64,000 bases of DNA from Eledone cirrhosa (Eukaryota), in the NCBI GenBank assembly GCA_964016885.1, contig OZ024744.1, positions 134,478,001 to 134,542,000 of the forward strand, given 5' to 3'. The first letter of the stretch is position 1; each line of letters starts with the position of its first letter. Shown here one piece after another: positions 37,740 to 50,360 of the stretch. The position numbers were made by a program, and so were the translations under genes. Under the pieces are notes generated by a model, which made no database searches, was not told the origin of the DNA, and saw only the letters and a list, made by a program, of their open reading frames with translations.

Positions 37740-40700
37740 GGGGTTAAGTTAAGTTGGGGCTAAGTTAAGTTGGGGCTGAGTTAAGTTGGGGTTAAGTTAA
37801 GTTGGGGTTAAGTTAAGTTGGGGTTAAGTTAAGTTGGAGTTTATTTAAGTTGGGGTTAAGTTAAGTTGGGGTTCAGTTAAGTTGGGGTTAAGTTAAGTTG
37901 GTTTAAGATGGGGTTAAATTAAGTTGGGGTTAAGTTAAGTTGGGGTTAAGTTAAGTTGGGGTTAAGTTAAGTTGGGGTTAAGTTAAGTCGGGGTTAAGTT
38001 AAGTCGGGGTTAAGTTAAGTTAGGGTTCAGTTAAGTTGGGGTTAAGTTAAGTTGGGGTTGAGTTAAGTTGGGGTTGAGTTAAATTGGGGTTGAGTTAAGT
38101 TGGGGTTGAGTTATGTTGGTGTTGAGTTAAGTTGGGGTTAAGTTAAGTTGGGGTTAAGTTAATTTGTGGTTAAGTTAAGTTGGGGTTAAGTTAAGTTGGG
38201 GTTAAGTTAAGTTGGGTTAAGTTAAGTCGGGGTTAAGTTAAGTTGGGGTTAAGTTAAGTTGGGGTTAATTTAAGTTGGGGTTAAGTTAAGTTGGGGTTAA
38301 GTTAAGTTGGGGTTAAGTTGGGGTTAAGTTAAGTTGGGGTTAAGTTAAGTTGAGGTTACGTTAAGTTGGGGTTAAATTAAGTTGGGTTTAAGTTAAGTTG
38401 GGGTTAAGTTAAGTTGGGTTTAAGTTAAGTTGGGGTTAAGTTAAGTTGGGGTTAAGTTAAGTTGGGGCTAAGTTAAGTTGGGGCTGAGTTAAGTTGGGGT
38501 TAAGTTAAGTTGGGGTTAAGTTAAGTTGGGGTTAAGTTAAGTTGGGGTTAAGTTAAGTTGGGGTTAAGTTAAGTTGGGGTTAAGTTAAGTTGGGGTTAAG
38601 TTAAGTTGGGGTTAAGTTAAGTTGGGGTTAAGTTAAGTCGGGGTTAAGTTAAGTCGGGGTTAAGTTAAGTTAGGGTTCAGTTAAGTTGGAGTTAAGTTAA
38701 GTTGGGGTTGAGTTAAGTTGGGGTTGAGTTAAATTGGGGTTGTGTTAAGTTGGGGTTGAGTTATGTTGGTGTTGAGTTAAGTTGGGGTTAAGTTAAGTTG
38801 GGGTTAAGTTAATTTGTGGTTAAGTTAAGTTGGTGTTAAGTTAAGTTGGGGTTAAGTTAAGTTGGGGTTAAGTTAAGTCGGGGTTAAGTTAAGTCGGGGT
38901 TAAGTTAAGTTAGGGTTCAGTTAAGTTGGAGTTAAGTTAAGTTGGGGTTGAGTTAAGTTGGGGTTGAGTTAAATTGGGGTTGAGTTAAGTTGGGGTTGAG
39001 TTATGTTGGTGTTGAGTTAAGTTGGGGTTAAGTTAAGTTGGGGTTAAGTTAATTTGTGGTTAAGTTAAGTTGGGGTTAAGTTAAGTTGGGGTTAAGTTAA
39101 GTTGGGTTAAGTTAAGTCGGGGTTAAGTTAAGTTGGGGTTAAGTTAAGTTGGGGTTAATTTAAGTTGGGGTTAAGTTAAGTTGGGGTTAAGTTAAGTTGG
39201 GGTTAAGTTAAGTTGGGGTTAAGTTAAGTTGGGGTTAAGTTAAGTTGAGGTTAAGTTAAGTTGGGGTTAAATTAAGTTGGGGTTAAGTTAAGTTGGGGTT
39301 AAGTTAAGTTGGGGTTAAGTTAAGTTGGGGATAAGTTAAGTTGGGGATAATTTAAGTTGGGGTTAAGTTAAGTTGGGTTTAAGTTAAGTTGGGGTTAAGT
39401 TAAGTTGGGGATAAGTTAAGTTGGGGTTACGTTAAGTTGGGGTTAAGTTAAGTTGGGGTTAAGTTAAGTTGGGGTTAATTTAAGTTGGGGTTTATTTAAG
39501 TTGGGGTTACGTTAAGTTGGTGTTAAGTTTAGTTGGGGTTAATTTAAGTTGGGGTTAATTAAGTTGGGGTTAAGTTAAGTTGGGGTTAATTTAAGTTGGG
39601 GTTGAGTTAAGTTGGTGTTGAGTTAAGTTGGGGTTAAGTTAAGTTGGGGTTAAGTTAAGTTGCAGTTAAGTTAAGTTGAGGTTAAGTTAAGGTGCGGTTA
39701 AGTTAAGTTGGGGTTAAGTTAAGTTGGGGCTAAGTTAAGTTGGGGCTAAGTTAAGTTGGGGGTAAGTTAAGTTGGGGGTAAGTTAAGTTGGGGTTAAGTT
39801 AAGTTGCGGTTAAGTTGGGGTTAAGTTAAGTTAGGGTTAAGTTAAGTTGGGGTTGAGTTAAGTTGGGGTTAATTAAGTGGTGGTTATGTTAAGTTGGGGT
39901 TAAGTTAAGTTGGGGTTAATTTAAATTGGGGTTAAGTTAACTTTGTGGTTAAGTTAAGTTGGGGTTAATTTAAGTTGGGGTTAAGTTGGGGTTGAGTTAA
40001 GTTGGGGTTGAGTGAAGTTGGGGTTAAGTTAAGTTGGGGTTAAGTTAAGTTGGGGTTAAGTTAAGTCGGGGTTAAGTTAAGTTGTGGTTGAGTTAAGTTG
40101 GGGTTAATTTAAGTTAGGGTTAAGTTAAGTTGGGGTTAAGTTAAGTTGGGGTTAAGTTAAGATGGGGTTAAGTTAAGTTGGGGTTAAGTTAAGTTGAGGT
40201 TAAGTTAAGTTGGGGTTAAATTAAGTTGGGGTTAATTTAAGTTGGGGTTAAGTTAAGTTGGGGTTAAGTTAAGTTGGGGATAAGTTAAGTTGGGGATAAT
40301 TTAAGTTGGGGTTAAGTTAAGTTGGGTTTAAGTTAAGTTGGGGTTAAGTTAATTTGTGGTTAAGTTAAGTTGGGGTTAAGTTAAGTTGGGGTTAAGTTAA
40401 GTTGGGGTTAAGTTAAGTCGGGGTTAAGTTAAGTTGGGGTTAAGTTAAGTTGGGGTTAATTTAAGTTGGGGTTAAGTTAAGTTGGGGTTAAGTTAAGTTG
40501 GGGTTAATTTAAGATGGGGTTAAGTTAAGTTGGGGTTAAGTTAAGTTGAGGTTAAGTTAAGTTGGGGTTAAATTAAGTTGGGGTTAAGTTAAGTTGGGGT
40601 TAAGTTAAGTTGGGGTTAAGTTAAGTTGGGGATAAGTTAAGTTGGGGATAATTTAAGTTGGGGTTAAGTTAAGTTGGGTTTAAGTTAAGTTGGGGTTAAG

Positions 40701-43700
40701 TTAAGTTGGGGTTAAGTTAAGTTGGGGTTAAGTTAAGTTGGGGTTAAGTTAAGTTGGGGTTAAGTTAAGTTGGGGTTAAGTTAAGTTGGGGTTAAGTTAA
40801 GTTGGGGTTAAGTTAAGTTGGGGTTAAGTTAAGTTGGGGCTAAGTTAAGTTGGGGCTGAGTTAAGTTGGGGTTAAGTTAAGTTGGGGTTAAGTTAAGTTG
40901 GGGTTAAGTTAAGTTGGAGTTTATTTAAGTTGGGGTTAAGTTAAGTTGGGGTTCAGTTAAGTTGGGGTTAAGTTAAGTTGGTTTAAGATGGGGTTAAATT
41001 AAGTTGGGGTTAAGTTAAGTTGGGGTTAAGTTAAGTTGGGGTTAAGTTAAGTTGGGGTTAAGTTAAGTCGGGGTTAAGTTAAGTCGGGGTTAAGTTAAGT
41101 TAGGGTTCAGTTAAGTTGGGGTTAAGTTAAGTTGGGGTTGAGTTAAGTTGGGGTTGAGTTAAATTGGGGTTGAGTTAAGTTGGGGTTGAGTTATGTTGGT
41201 GTTGAGTTAAGTTGGGGTTAAGTTAAGTTGGGGTTAAGTTAATTTGTGGTTAAGTTAAGTTGGGGTTAAGTTAAGTTGGGGTTAAGTTAAGTTGGGTTAA
41301 GTTAAGTCGGGGTTAAGTTAAGTTGGGGTTAAGTTAAGTTGGGGTTAATTTAAGTTGGGGTTAAGTTAAGTTGGGGTTAAGTTAAGTTGGGGTTAAGTTG
41401 GGGTTAAGTTAAGTTGGGGTTAAGTTAAGTTGAGGTTAAGTTAAGTTGGGGTTAAATTAAGTTGGGTTTAAGTTAAGTTGGGGTTAAGTTAAGTTGGGTT
41501 TAAGTTAAGTTGGGGTTAAGTTAAGTTGGGGTTAAGTTAAGTTGGGGCTAAGTTAAGTTGGGGCTGAGTTAAGTTGGGGTTAAGTTAAGTTGGGGTTAAG
41601 TTAAGTTGGGGTTAAGTTAAGTTGGGGTTAAGTTAAGTTGGGGTTCAGTTAAGTTGGGGTTAAGTTAAGTTGGGGTTAAGTTAAGTTGGGGTTAAGTTAA
41701 GTTGGGGTTAAGTTAAGTCGGGGTTAAGTTAAGTCGGGGTTAAGTTAAGTTAGGGTTCAGTTAAGTTGGAGTTAAGTTAAGTTGGGGTTGAGTTAAGTTG
41801 GGGTTGAGTTAAATTGGGGTTGTGTTAAGTTGGGGTTGAGTTATGTTGGTGTTGAGTTAAGTTGGGGTTAAGTTAAGTTGGGGTTAAGTTAATTTGTGGT
41901 TAAGTTAAGTTGGTGTTAAGTTAAGTTGGGGTTAAGTTAAGTTGGGGTTAAGTTAAGTCGGGGTTAAGTTAAGTCGGGGTTAAGTTAAGTTAGGGTTCAG
42001 TTAAGTTGGAGTTAAGTTAAGTTGGGGTTGAGTTAAGTTGGGGTTGAGTTAAATTGGGGTTGAGTTAAGTTGGGGTTGAGTTATGTTGGTGTTGAGTTAA
42101 GTTGGGGTTAAGTTAAGTTGGGGTTAAGTTAATTTGTGGTTAAGTTAAGTTGGGGTTAAGTTAAGTTGGGGTTAAGTTAAGTTGGGTTAAGTTAAGTCGG
42201 GGTTAAGTTAAGTTGGGGTTAAGTTAAGTTGGGGTTAATTTAAGTTGGGGTTAAGTTAAGTTGGGGTTAAGTTAAGTTGGGGTTAAGTTAAGTTGGGGTT
42301 AAGTTAAGTTGGGGTTAAGTTAAGTTGAGGTTAAGTTAAGTTGGGGTTAAATTAAGTTGGGGTTAAGTTAAGTTGGGGTTAAGTTAAGTTGGGGTTAAGT
42401 TAAGTTGGGGATAAGTTAAGTTGGGGATAATTTAAGTTGGGGTTAAGTTAAGTTGGGTTTAAGTTAAGTTGGGGTTAAGTTAAGTTGGGGATAAGTTAAG
42501 TTGGGGTTACGTTAAGTTGGGGTTAAGTTAAGTTGGGGTTAAGTTAAGTTGGGGTTAATTTAAGTTGGGGTTTATTTAAGTTGGGGTTACGTTAAGTTGG
42601 TGTTAAGTTTAGTTGGGGTTAATTTAAGTTGGGGTTAATTAAGTTGGGGTTAAGTTAAGTTGGGGTTAATTTAAGTTGGGGTTGAGTTAAGTTGGTGTTG
42701 AGTTAAGTTGGGGTTAAGTTAAGTTGGGGTTAAGTTAAGTTGCAGTTAAGTTAAGTTGAGGTTAAGTTAAGGTGCGGTTAAGTTAAGTTGGGGTTAAGTT
42801 AAGTTGGGGCTAAGTTAAGTTGGGGCTAAGTTAAGTTGGGGGTAAGTTAAGTTGGGGGTAAGTTAAGTTGGGGTTAAGTTAAGTTGCGGTTAAGTTGGGG
42901 TTAAGTTAAGTTAGGGTTAAGTTAAGTTGGGGTTGAGTTAAGTTGGGGTTAATTAAGTGGTGGTTATGTTAAGTTGGGGTTAAGTTAAGTTGGGGTTAAT
43001 TTAAATTGGGGTTAAGTTAACTTTGTGGTTAAGTTAAGTTGGGGTTAATTTAAGTTGGGGTTAAGTTGGGGTTGAGTTAAGTTGGGGTTGAGTGAAGTTG
43101 GGGTTAAGTTAAGTTGGGGTTAAGTTAAGTTGGGGTTAAGTTAAGTCGGGGTTAAGTTAAGTTGTGGTTGAGTTAAGTTGGGGTTAATTTAAGTTAGGGT
43201 TAAGTTAAGTTGGGGTTAAGTTAAGTTGGGGTTAAGTTAAGATGGGGTTAAGTTAAGTTGGGGTTAAGTTAAGTTGAGGTTAAGTTAAGTTGGGGTTAAA
43301 TTAAGTTGGGGTTAATTTAAGTTGGGGTTAAGTTAAGTTGGGGTTAAGTTAAGTTGGGGATAAGTTAAGTTGGGGATAATTTAAGTTGGGGTTAAGTTAA
43401 GTTGGGTTTAAGTTAAGTTGGGGTTAAGTTAATTTGTGGTTAAGTTAAGTTGGGGTTAAGTTAAGTTGGGGTTAAGTTAAGTTGGGGTTAAGTTAAGTCG
43501 GGGTTAAGTTAAGTTGGGGTTAAGTTAAGTTGGGGTTAATTTAAGTTGGGGTTAAGTTAAGTTGGGGTTAAGTTAAGTTGGGGTTAATTTAAGATGGGGT
43601 TAAGTTAAGTTGGGGTTAAGTTAAGTTGAGGTTAAGTTAAGTTGGGGTTAAATTAAGTTGGGGTTAAGTTAAGTTGGGGTTAAGTTAAGTTGGGGTTAAG

Positions 43701-43850
43701 TTAAGTTGGGGATAAGTTAAGTTGGGGATAATTTAAGTTGGGGTTAAGTTAAGTTGGGTTTAAGTTAAGTTGGGGTTAAGTTAAGTTGGGGTTAAGTTAA
43801 GTTGGGGTTAAGTTAAGTTGGGGTTAAGTTAAGTTGGGGTTAAGTTAAGT
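37740..43850 (+). repeat. Tandem duplication with a 3,080-bp period
   Basis: TGTGTTAAG at 38741/41821 and AATTAAGTGGTGGTTATG at 39871/42951, both offset 3080. Boundaries approximate. Confidence 0.88.
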
Positions 43851-44489
43851 TGGGGTTTATTTAAGTTGGGGTTAAGTTACGTTGGGGTTCATTTAAGTTG
43901 GGGTTAAGTTAAGTCGGGGTTAAGTTAAGTCGGGGTTAAGTTAAGTTAGGGTTCAGTTAAGTTGGGGTTAAGTTAAGTTGGGCTTGAGTTAAGTTGGGGT
44001 TGAGTTAAGTTGGGGTTAAGTTAAGTTGGGGTTAAGTTAAGTTGAGGTTAAGTTAAGTTGGGGTTAAATTAAGTTGGGGTTAAGTTAAGTTGGGGTTAAG
44101 TTAAGTTGGGGTTAAGTTAAGTTGGGTATAAGTTAAGTTGGGGATAATTTAAGTTGGGGTTAAGTTAAGTTGGGTTTAAGTTAAGTTGGGGTTAAGTTAA
44201 GTTGGGGATAAGTTAAGTTGGGGTTAAGTTAAGTTGGGGATAAGTTAAGTTGGGGTTAAGTTAAGTTGGGGCTAAGTTAAGTTGGGGCTGAGTTAAGTTG
44301 GGGTTAAGTTAAGTTGGGGTTAAGTTAAGTTGGGGTTAATTTAAGTTGGGGTTTATTTAAGTTGGGGTTACGTTAAGTTGGTGTTAAGTTAAGTTGGGGT
44401 TAATTTAAGTTGGGGTTAATTAAGTTGGGGTTAAGTTAAGTTGGGGTTAAGTTAAGTTGGGGTTAATTTAAGTTGGGGTTGAGTTAAGT

Positions 44490-47400
44490 TGGGGTTAAGT
44501 TAAGTTGGGGTTATATTAATTTGGGGTTAAGTTAAGTTGGGGTTCAGTTAAGTTGGGGATAAGTTAAGTTGGGGTTAAGTTAAGTTGGGGTTAAGTTAAG
44601 TTGGGGTTAAGTTAAGTTGGTGTTAAGTTAAGTTGGGGCTAAGTTAAGTTGGGGCTGAGTTAAGTTGGGGCTGAGTTAAGTTGGGGTTAAGTTAAGTTGG
44701 GGTCAAGTTAAGTTGGGGTTAAGTTGGGGTTAAGTTAAGTTAGGTTTAAGTTAAGTTGGGGTTAAGTTAAGTTGGGGTTGAGTTAAGTTGGGGTTAAGTT
44801 AAGTTGGGGTTAAGTTAAGTTGGGGTTAAGTTAATTTGTGGTTAAGTTAAGTTGGGGTTAAGTTAAGTTGGGGTTAAGTTAAGTTGGGGTTAAGTTAAGT
44901 TGGGGTTAATTTAAGTTGGGGTTAATTTAAGTTGGGGTTAAGTTAAGTTGGGGTCAAGTTAAGTTGGGGTTAAGTTGGGGTTAAGTTAAGTTAGGTTTAA
45001 GTTAAGTTGGGGTTAAGTTAAGTTGGGGTTAATTTAAATTGGGGTTAAGTTAACTTTGTGGTTAAGTTAAGTTGGGGTTAATTTAAGTTGGGGTTAAGTT
45101 GGGGTTGAGTTAAGTTGGGGTTGAGTGAAGTTGGGGTTAAGTTAAGTTGGGGTTAAGTTAAGTTGGGGTTAAGTTAAGTCGGGGTTAAGTTAAGTTGTGG
45201 TTGAGTTAAGTTGGGGTTAATTTAAGTTGGGGTTAAGTTAAGTTGGGGTTAAGTTAAGTTGGGGTTAAGTTAAGATGGGGTTAAGTTAAGTTGGGGTTAA
45301 GTTAAGTTGAGGTTAAGTTAAGTTGGGGTTAAATTAAGTTGGGGTTAATTTAAGTTGGGGTTAAGTTAAGTTGGGGTTAAGTTAAGTTGGGGATAAGTTA
45401 AGTTGGGGATAATTTAAGTTGGGGTTAAGTTAAGTTGGGTTTAAGTTAAGTTGGGGTTAAGTTAATTTGTGGTTAAGTTAAGTTGGGGTTAAGTTAAGTT
45501 GGGGTTAAGTTAAGTTGGGGTTAAGTTAAGTCGGGGTTAAGTTAAGTTGGGGTTAAGTTAAGTTGGGGTTAATTTAAGTTGGGGTTAAGTTAAGTTGGGG
45601 TTAAGTTAAGTTGGGGTTAATTTAAGATGGGGTTAAGTTAAGTTGGGGTTAAGTTAAGTTGAGGTTAAGTTAAGTTGGGGTTAAATTAAGTTGGGGTTAA
45701 GTTAAGTTGGGGTTAAGTTAAGTTGGGGTTAAGTTAAGTTGGGGATAAGTTAAGTTGGGGATAATTTAAGTTGGGGTTAAGTTAAGTTGGGTTTAAGTTA
45801 AGTTGGGGTTAAGTTAAGTTGGGGTTAAGTTAAGTTGGGGTTAAGTTAAGTTGGGGTTAAGTTAAGTTGGGGTTAAGTTAAGTTGGGGTTTATTTAAGTT
45901 GGGGTTAAGTTACGTTGGGGTTCATTTAAGTTGGGGTTAAGTTAAGTCGGGGTTAAGTTAAGTCGGGGTTAAGTTAAGTTAGGGTTCAGTTAAGTTGGGG
46001 TTAAGTTAAGTTGGGCTTGAGTTAAGTTGGGGTTGAGTTAAGTTGGGGTTAAGTTAAGTTGGGGTTAAGTTAAGTTGAGGTTAAGTTAAGTTGGGGTTAA
46101 ATTAAGTTGGGGTTAAGTTAAGTTGGGGTTAAGTTAAGTTGGGGTTAAGTTAAGTTGGGGATAAGTTAAGTTGGGGATAATTTAAGTTGGGGTTAAGTTA
46201 AGTTGGGTTTAAGTTAAGTTGGGGTTAAGTTAAGTTGGGGATAAGTTAAGTTGGGGTTAAGTTAAGTTGGGGATAAGTTAAGTTGGGGTTAAGTTAAGTT
46301 GGGGCTAAGTTAAGTTGGGGCTGAGTTAAGTTGGGGTTAAGTTAAGTTGGGGTTAAGTTAAGTTGGGGTTAATTTAAGTTGGGGTTTATTTAAGTTGGGG
46401 TTACGTTAAGTTGGTGTTAAGTTAAGTTGGGGTTAATTTAAGTTGGGGTTAATTAAGTTGGGGTTAAGTTAAGTTGGGGTTAAGTTAAGTTGGGGTTAAT
46501 TTAAGTTGGGGTTGAGTTAAGTTGGGGTTAAGTTAAGTTGGGGTTATATTAATTTGGGGTTAAGTTAAGTTGGGGTTCAGTTAAGTTGGGGATAAGTTAA
46601 GTTGGGGTTAAGTTAAGTTGGGGTTAAGTTAAGTTGGGGTTAAGTTAAGTTGGTGTTAAGTTAAGTTGGGGCTAAGTTAAGTTGGGGCTGAGTTAAGTTG
46701 GGGCTGAGTTAAGTTGGGGTTAAGTTAAGTTGGGGTCAAGTTAAGTTGGGGTTAAGTTGGGGTTAAGTTAAGTTAGGTTTAAGTTAAGTTGGGGTTAAGT
46801 TAAGTTGGGGTTGAGTTAAGTTGGGGTTAAGTTAAGTTGGGGTTAAGTTAAGTTGGGGTTAAGTTAATTTGTGGTTAAGTTAAGTTGGGGTTAAGTTAAG
46901 TTGGGGTTAAGTTAAGTTGGGGTTAAGTTAAGTTGGGGTTAATTTAAGTTGGGGTTAATTTAAGTTGGGGTTAAGTTAAGTTGGGGTCAAGTTAAGTTGG
47001 GGTTAAGTTGGGGTTAAGTTAAGTTAGGTTTAAGTTAAGTTGGGGTTAAGTTAAGTTGGGGTTAAGTTAAGTTGGGGTTAAGTTAAGTTGGGGTTAAGTT
47101 AAGTTGGGGTTAAGTTAATTTGTGGTTAAGTTAAGTTGGGGTTAAGTTAAGTTGGGGTTAAGTTAAGTTGGGGTTAAGTTAAGTCGGGGTTAAGTTAAGT
47201 TGGGGTTAAGTTAAGTTGGGGTTAATTTAAGTTGGGGTTAAGTTAAGTTGGGGTTAAGTTAAGTTTGGGTTAAGTTAAGATGGGGTTAAGTTAAGTTGGG
47301 GTTAAGTTAAGTTCAGGTTAAGTTAAGTTGGGGTTAAATTAAGTTGGGGTTAAGTTAAGATGGGGTTAAGTCAAGTTGGGGTTAAGTTAAGTTGGGGATA

Positions 47401-50360
47401 AGTTAAGTTGGGGATAATTTAAGTTGGGGTTAAGTTAAGTTGGGGTTATATTAATTTGGGGTTAAGTTAAGTTGGGGTTCAGTTAAGTTGGGGATAAGTT
47501 AAGTTGGGGTTAAGTTAAGTTGGGGTTAAGTTAAGTTGGGGTTAAGTTAAGTTGGTGTTAAGTTAAGTTGGGGCTAAGTTAAGTTGGGGCTGAGTTAAGT
47601 TGGGGCTGAGTTAAGTTGGGGTTAAGTTAAGTTGGGGTCAAGTTAAGTTGGGGTTAAGTTGGGGTTAAGTTAAGTTAGGTTTAAGTTAAGTTGGGGTTAA
47701 GTTAAGTTGGGGTTGAGTTAAGTTGGGGTTAAGTTAAGTTGGGGTTAAGTTAAGTTGGGGTTAAGTTAATTTGTGGTTAAGTTAAGTTGGGGTTAAGTTA
47801 AGTTGGGGTTAAGTTAAGTTGGGGTTAAGTTAAGTTGGGGTTAATTTAAGTTGGGGTTAATTTAAGTTGGGGTTAAGTTAAGTTGGGGTCAAGTTAAGTT
47901 GGGGTTAAGTTGGGGTTAAGTTAAGTTAGGTTTAAGTTAAGTTGGGGTTAAGTTAAGTTGGGGTTAATTTAAATTGGGGTTAAGTTAACTTTGTGGTTAA
48001 GTTAAGTTGGGGTTAATTTAAGTTGGGGTTAAGTTGGGGTTGAGTTAAGTTGGGGTTGAGTGAAGTTGGGGTTAAGTTAAGTTGGGGTTAAGTTAAGTTG
48101 GGGTTAAGTTAAGTCGGGGTTAAGTTAAGTTGTGGTTGAGTTAAGTTGGGGTTAATTTAAGTTGGGGTTAAGTTAAGTTGGGGTTAAGTTAAGTTGGGGT
48201 TAAGTTAAGATGGGGTTAAGTTAAGTTGGGGTTAAGTTAAGTTGAGGTTAAGTTAAGTTGGGGTTAAATTAAGTTGGGGTTAATTTAAGTTGGGGTTAAG
48301 TTAAGTTGGGGTTAAGTTAAGTTGGGGATAAGTTAAGTTGGGGATAATTTAAGTTGGGGTTAAGTTAAGTTGGGTTTAAGTTAAGTTGGGGTTAAGTTAA
48401 TTTGTGGTTAAGTTAAGTTGGGGTTAAGTTAAGTTGGGGTTAAGTTAAGTTGGGGTTAAGTTAAGTCGGGGTTAAGTTAAGTTGGGGTTAAGTTAAGTTG
48501 GGGTTAATTTAAGTTGGGGTTAAGTTAAGTTGGGGTTAAGTTAAGTTGGGGTTAATTTAAGATGGGGTTAAGTTAAGTTGGGGTTAAGTTAAGTTGAGGT
48601 TAAGTTAAGTTGGGGTTAAATTAAGTTGGGGTTAAGTTAAGTTGGGGTTAAGTTAAGTTGGGGTTAAGTTAAGTTGGGGATAAGTTAAGTTGGGGATAAT
48701 TTAAGTTGGGGTTAAGTTAAGTTGGGTTTAAGTTAAGTTGGGGTTAAGTTAAGTTGGGGTTAAGTTAAGTTGGGGTTAAGTTAAGTTGGGGTTAAGTTAA
48801 GTTGGGGTTAAGTTAAGTTGGGGTTTATTTAAGTTGGGGTTAAGTTACGTTGGGGTTCATTTAAGTTGGGGTTAAGTTAAGTCGGGGTTAAGTTAAGTCG
48901 GGGTTAAGTTAAGTTAGGGTTCAGTTAAGTTGGGGTTAAGTTAAGTTGGGCTTGAGTTAAGTTGGGGTTGAGTTAAGTTGGGGTTAAGTTAAGTTGGGGT
49001 TAAGTTAAGTTGAGGTTAAGTTAAGTTGGGGTTAAATTAAGTTGGGGTTAAGTTAAGTTGGGGTTAAGTTAAGTTGGGGTTAAGTTAAGTTGGGGATAAG
49101 TTAAGTTGGGGATAATTTAAGTTGGGGTTAAGTTAAGTTGGGTTTAAGTTAAGTTGGGGTTAAGTTAAGTTGGGGATAAGTTAAGTTGGGGTTAAGTTAA
49201 GTTGGGGATAAGTTAAGTTGGGGTTAAGTTAAGTTGGGGCTAAGTTAAGTTGGGGCTGAGTTAAGTTGGGGTTAAGTTAAGTTGGGGTTAAGTTAAGTTG
49301 GGGTTAATTTAAGTTGGGGTTTATTTAAGTTGGGGTTACGTTAAGTTGGTGTTAAGTTAAGTTGGGGTTAATTTAAGTTGGGGTTAATTAAGTTGGGGTT
49401 AAGTTAAGTTGGGGTTAAGTTAAGTTGGGGTTAATTTAAGTTGGGGTTGAGTTAAGTTGGGGTTAAGTTAAGTTGGGGTTATATTAATTTGGGGTTAAGT
49501 TAAGTTGGGGTTCAGTTAAGTTGGGGATAAGTTAAGTTGGGGTTAAGTTAAGTTGGGGTTAAGTTAAGTTGGGGTTAAGTTAAGTTGGTGTTAAGTTAAG
49601 TTGGGGCTAAGTTAAGTTGGGGCTGAGTTAAGTTGGGGCTGAGTTAAGTTGGGGTTAAGTTAAGTTGGGGTCAAGTTAAGTTGGGGTTAAGTTGGGGTTA
49701 AGTTAAGTTAGGTTTAAGTTAAGTTGGGGTTAAGTTAAGTTGGGGTTGAGTTAAGTTGGGGTTAAGTTAAGTTGGGGTTAAGTTAAGTTGGGGTTAAGTT
49801 AATTTGTGGTTAAGTTAAGTTGGGGTTAAGTTAAGTTGGGGTTAAGTTAAGTTGGGGTTAAGTTAAGTTGGGGTTAATTTAAGTTGGGGTTAATTTAAGT
49901 TGGGGTTAAGTTAAGTTGGGGTCAAGTTAAGTTGGGGTTAAGTTGGGGTTAAGTTAAGTTAGGTTTAAGTTAAGTTGGGGTTAAGTTAAGTTGGGGTTAA
50001 GTTAAGTTGGGGTTAAGTTAAGTTGGGGTTAAGTTAAGTTGGGGTTAAGTTAATTTGTGGTTAAGTTAAGTTGGGGTTAAGTTAAGTTGGGGTTAAGTTA
50101 AGTTGGGGTTAAGTTAAGTCGGGGTTAAGTTAAGTTGGGGTTAAGTTAAGTTGGGGTTAATTTAAGTTGGGGTTAAGTTAAGTTGGGGTTAAGTTAAGTT
50201 TGGGTTAAGTTAAGATGGGGTTAAGTTAAGTTGGGGTTAAGTTAAGTTCAGGTTAAGTTAAGTTGGGGTTAAATTAAGTTGGGGTTAAGTTAAGATGGGG
50301 TTAAGTCAAGTTGGGGTTAAGTTAAGTTGGGGATAAGTTAAGTTGGGGATAATTTAAGTT
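44490..50360 (+). repeat. Tandem duplication with a 2,935-bp period
   Basis: CTTTGTGG at 45054/47989, AAGTTTGGG at 47261/50196 and TTACGTTGGGGTTCATTT at 45913/48848, all offset 2935. Boundaries approximate. Confidence 0.88.
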
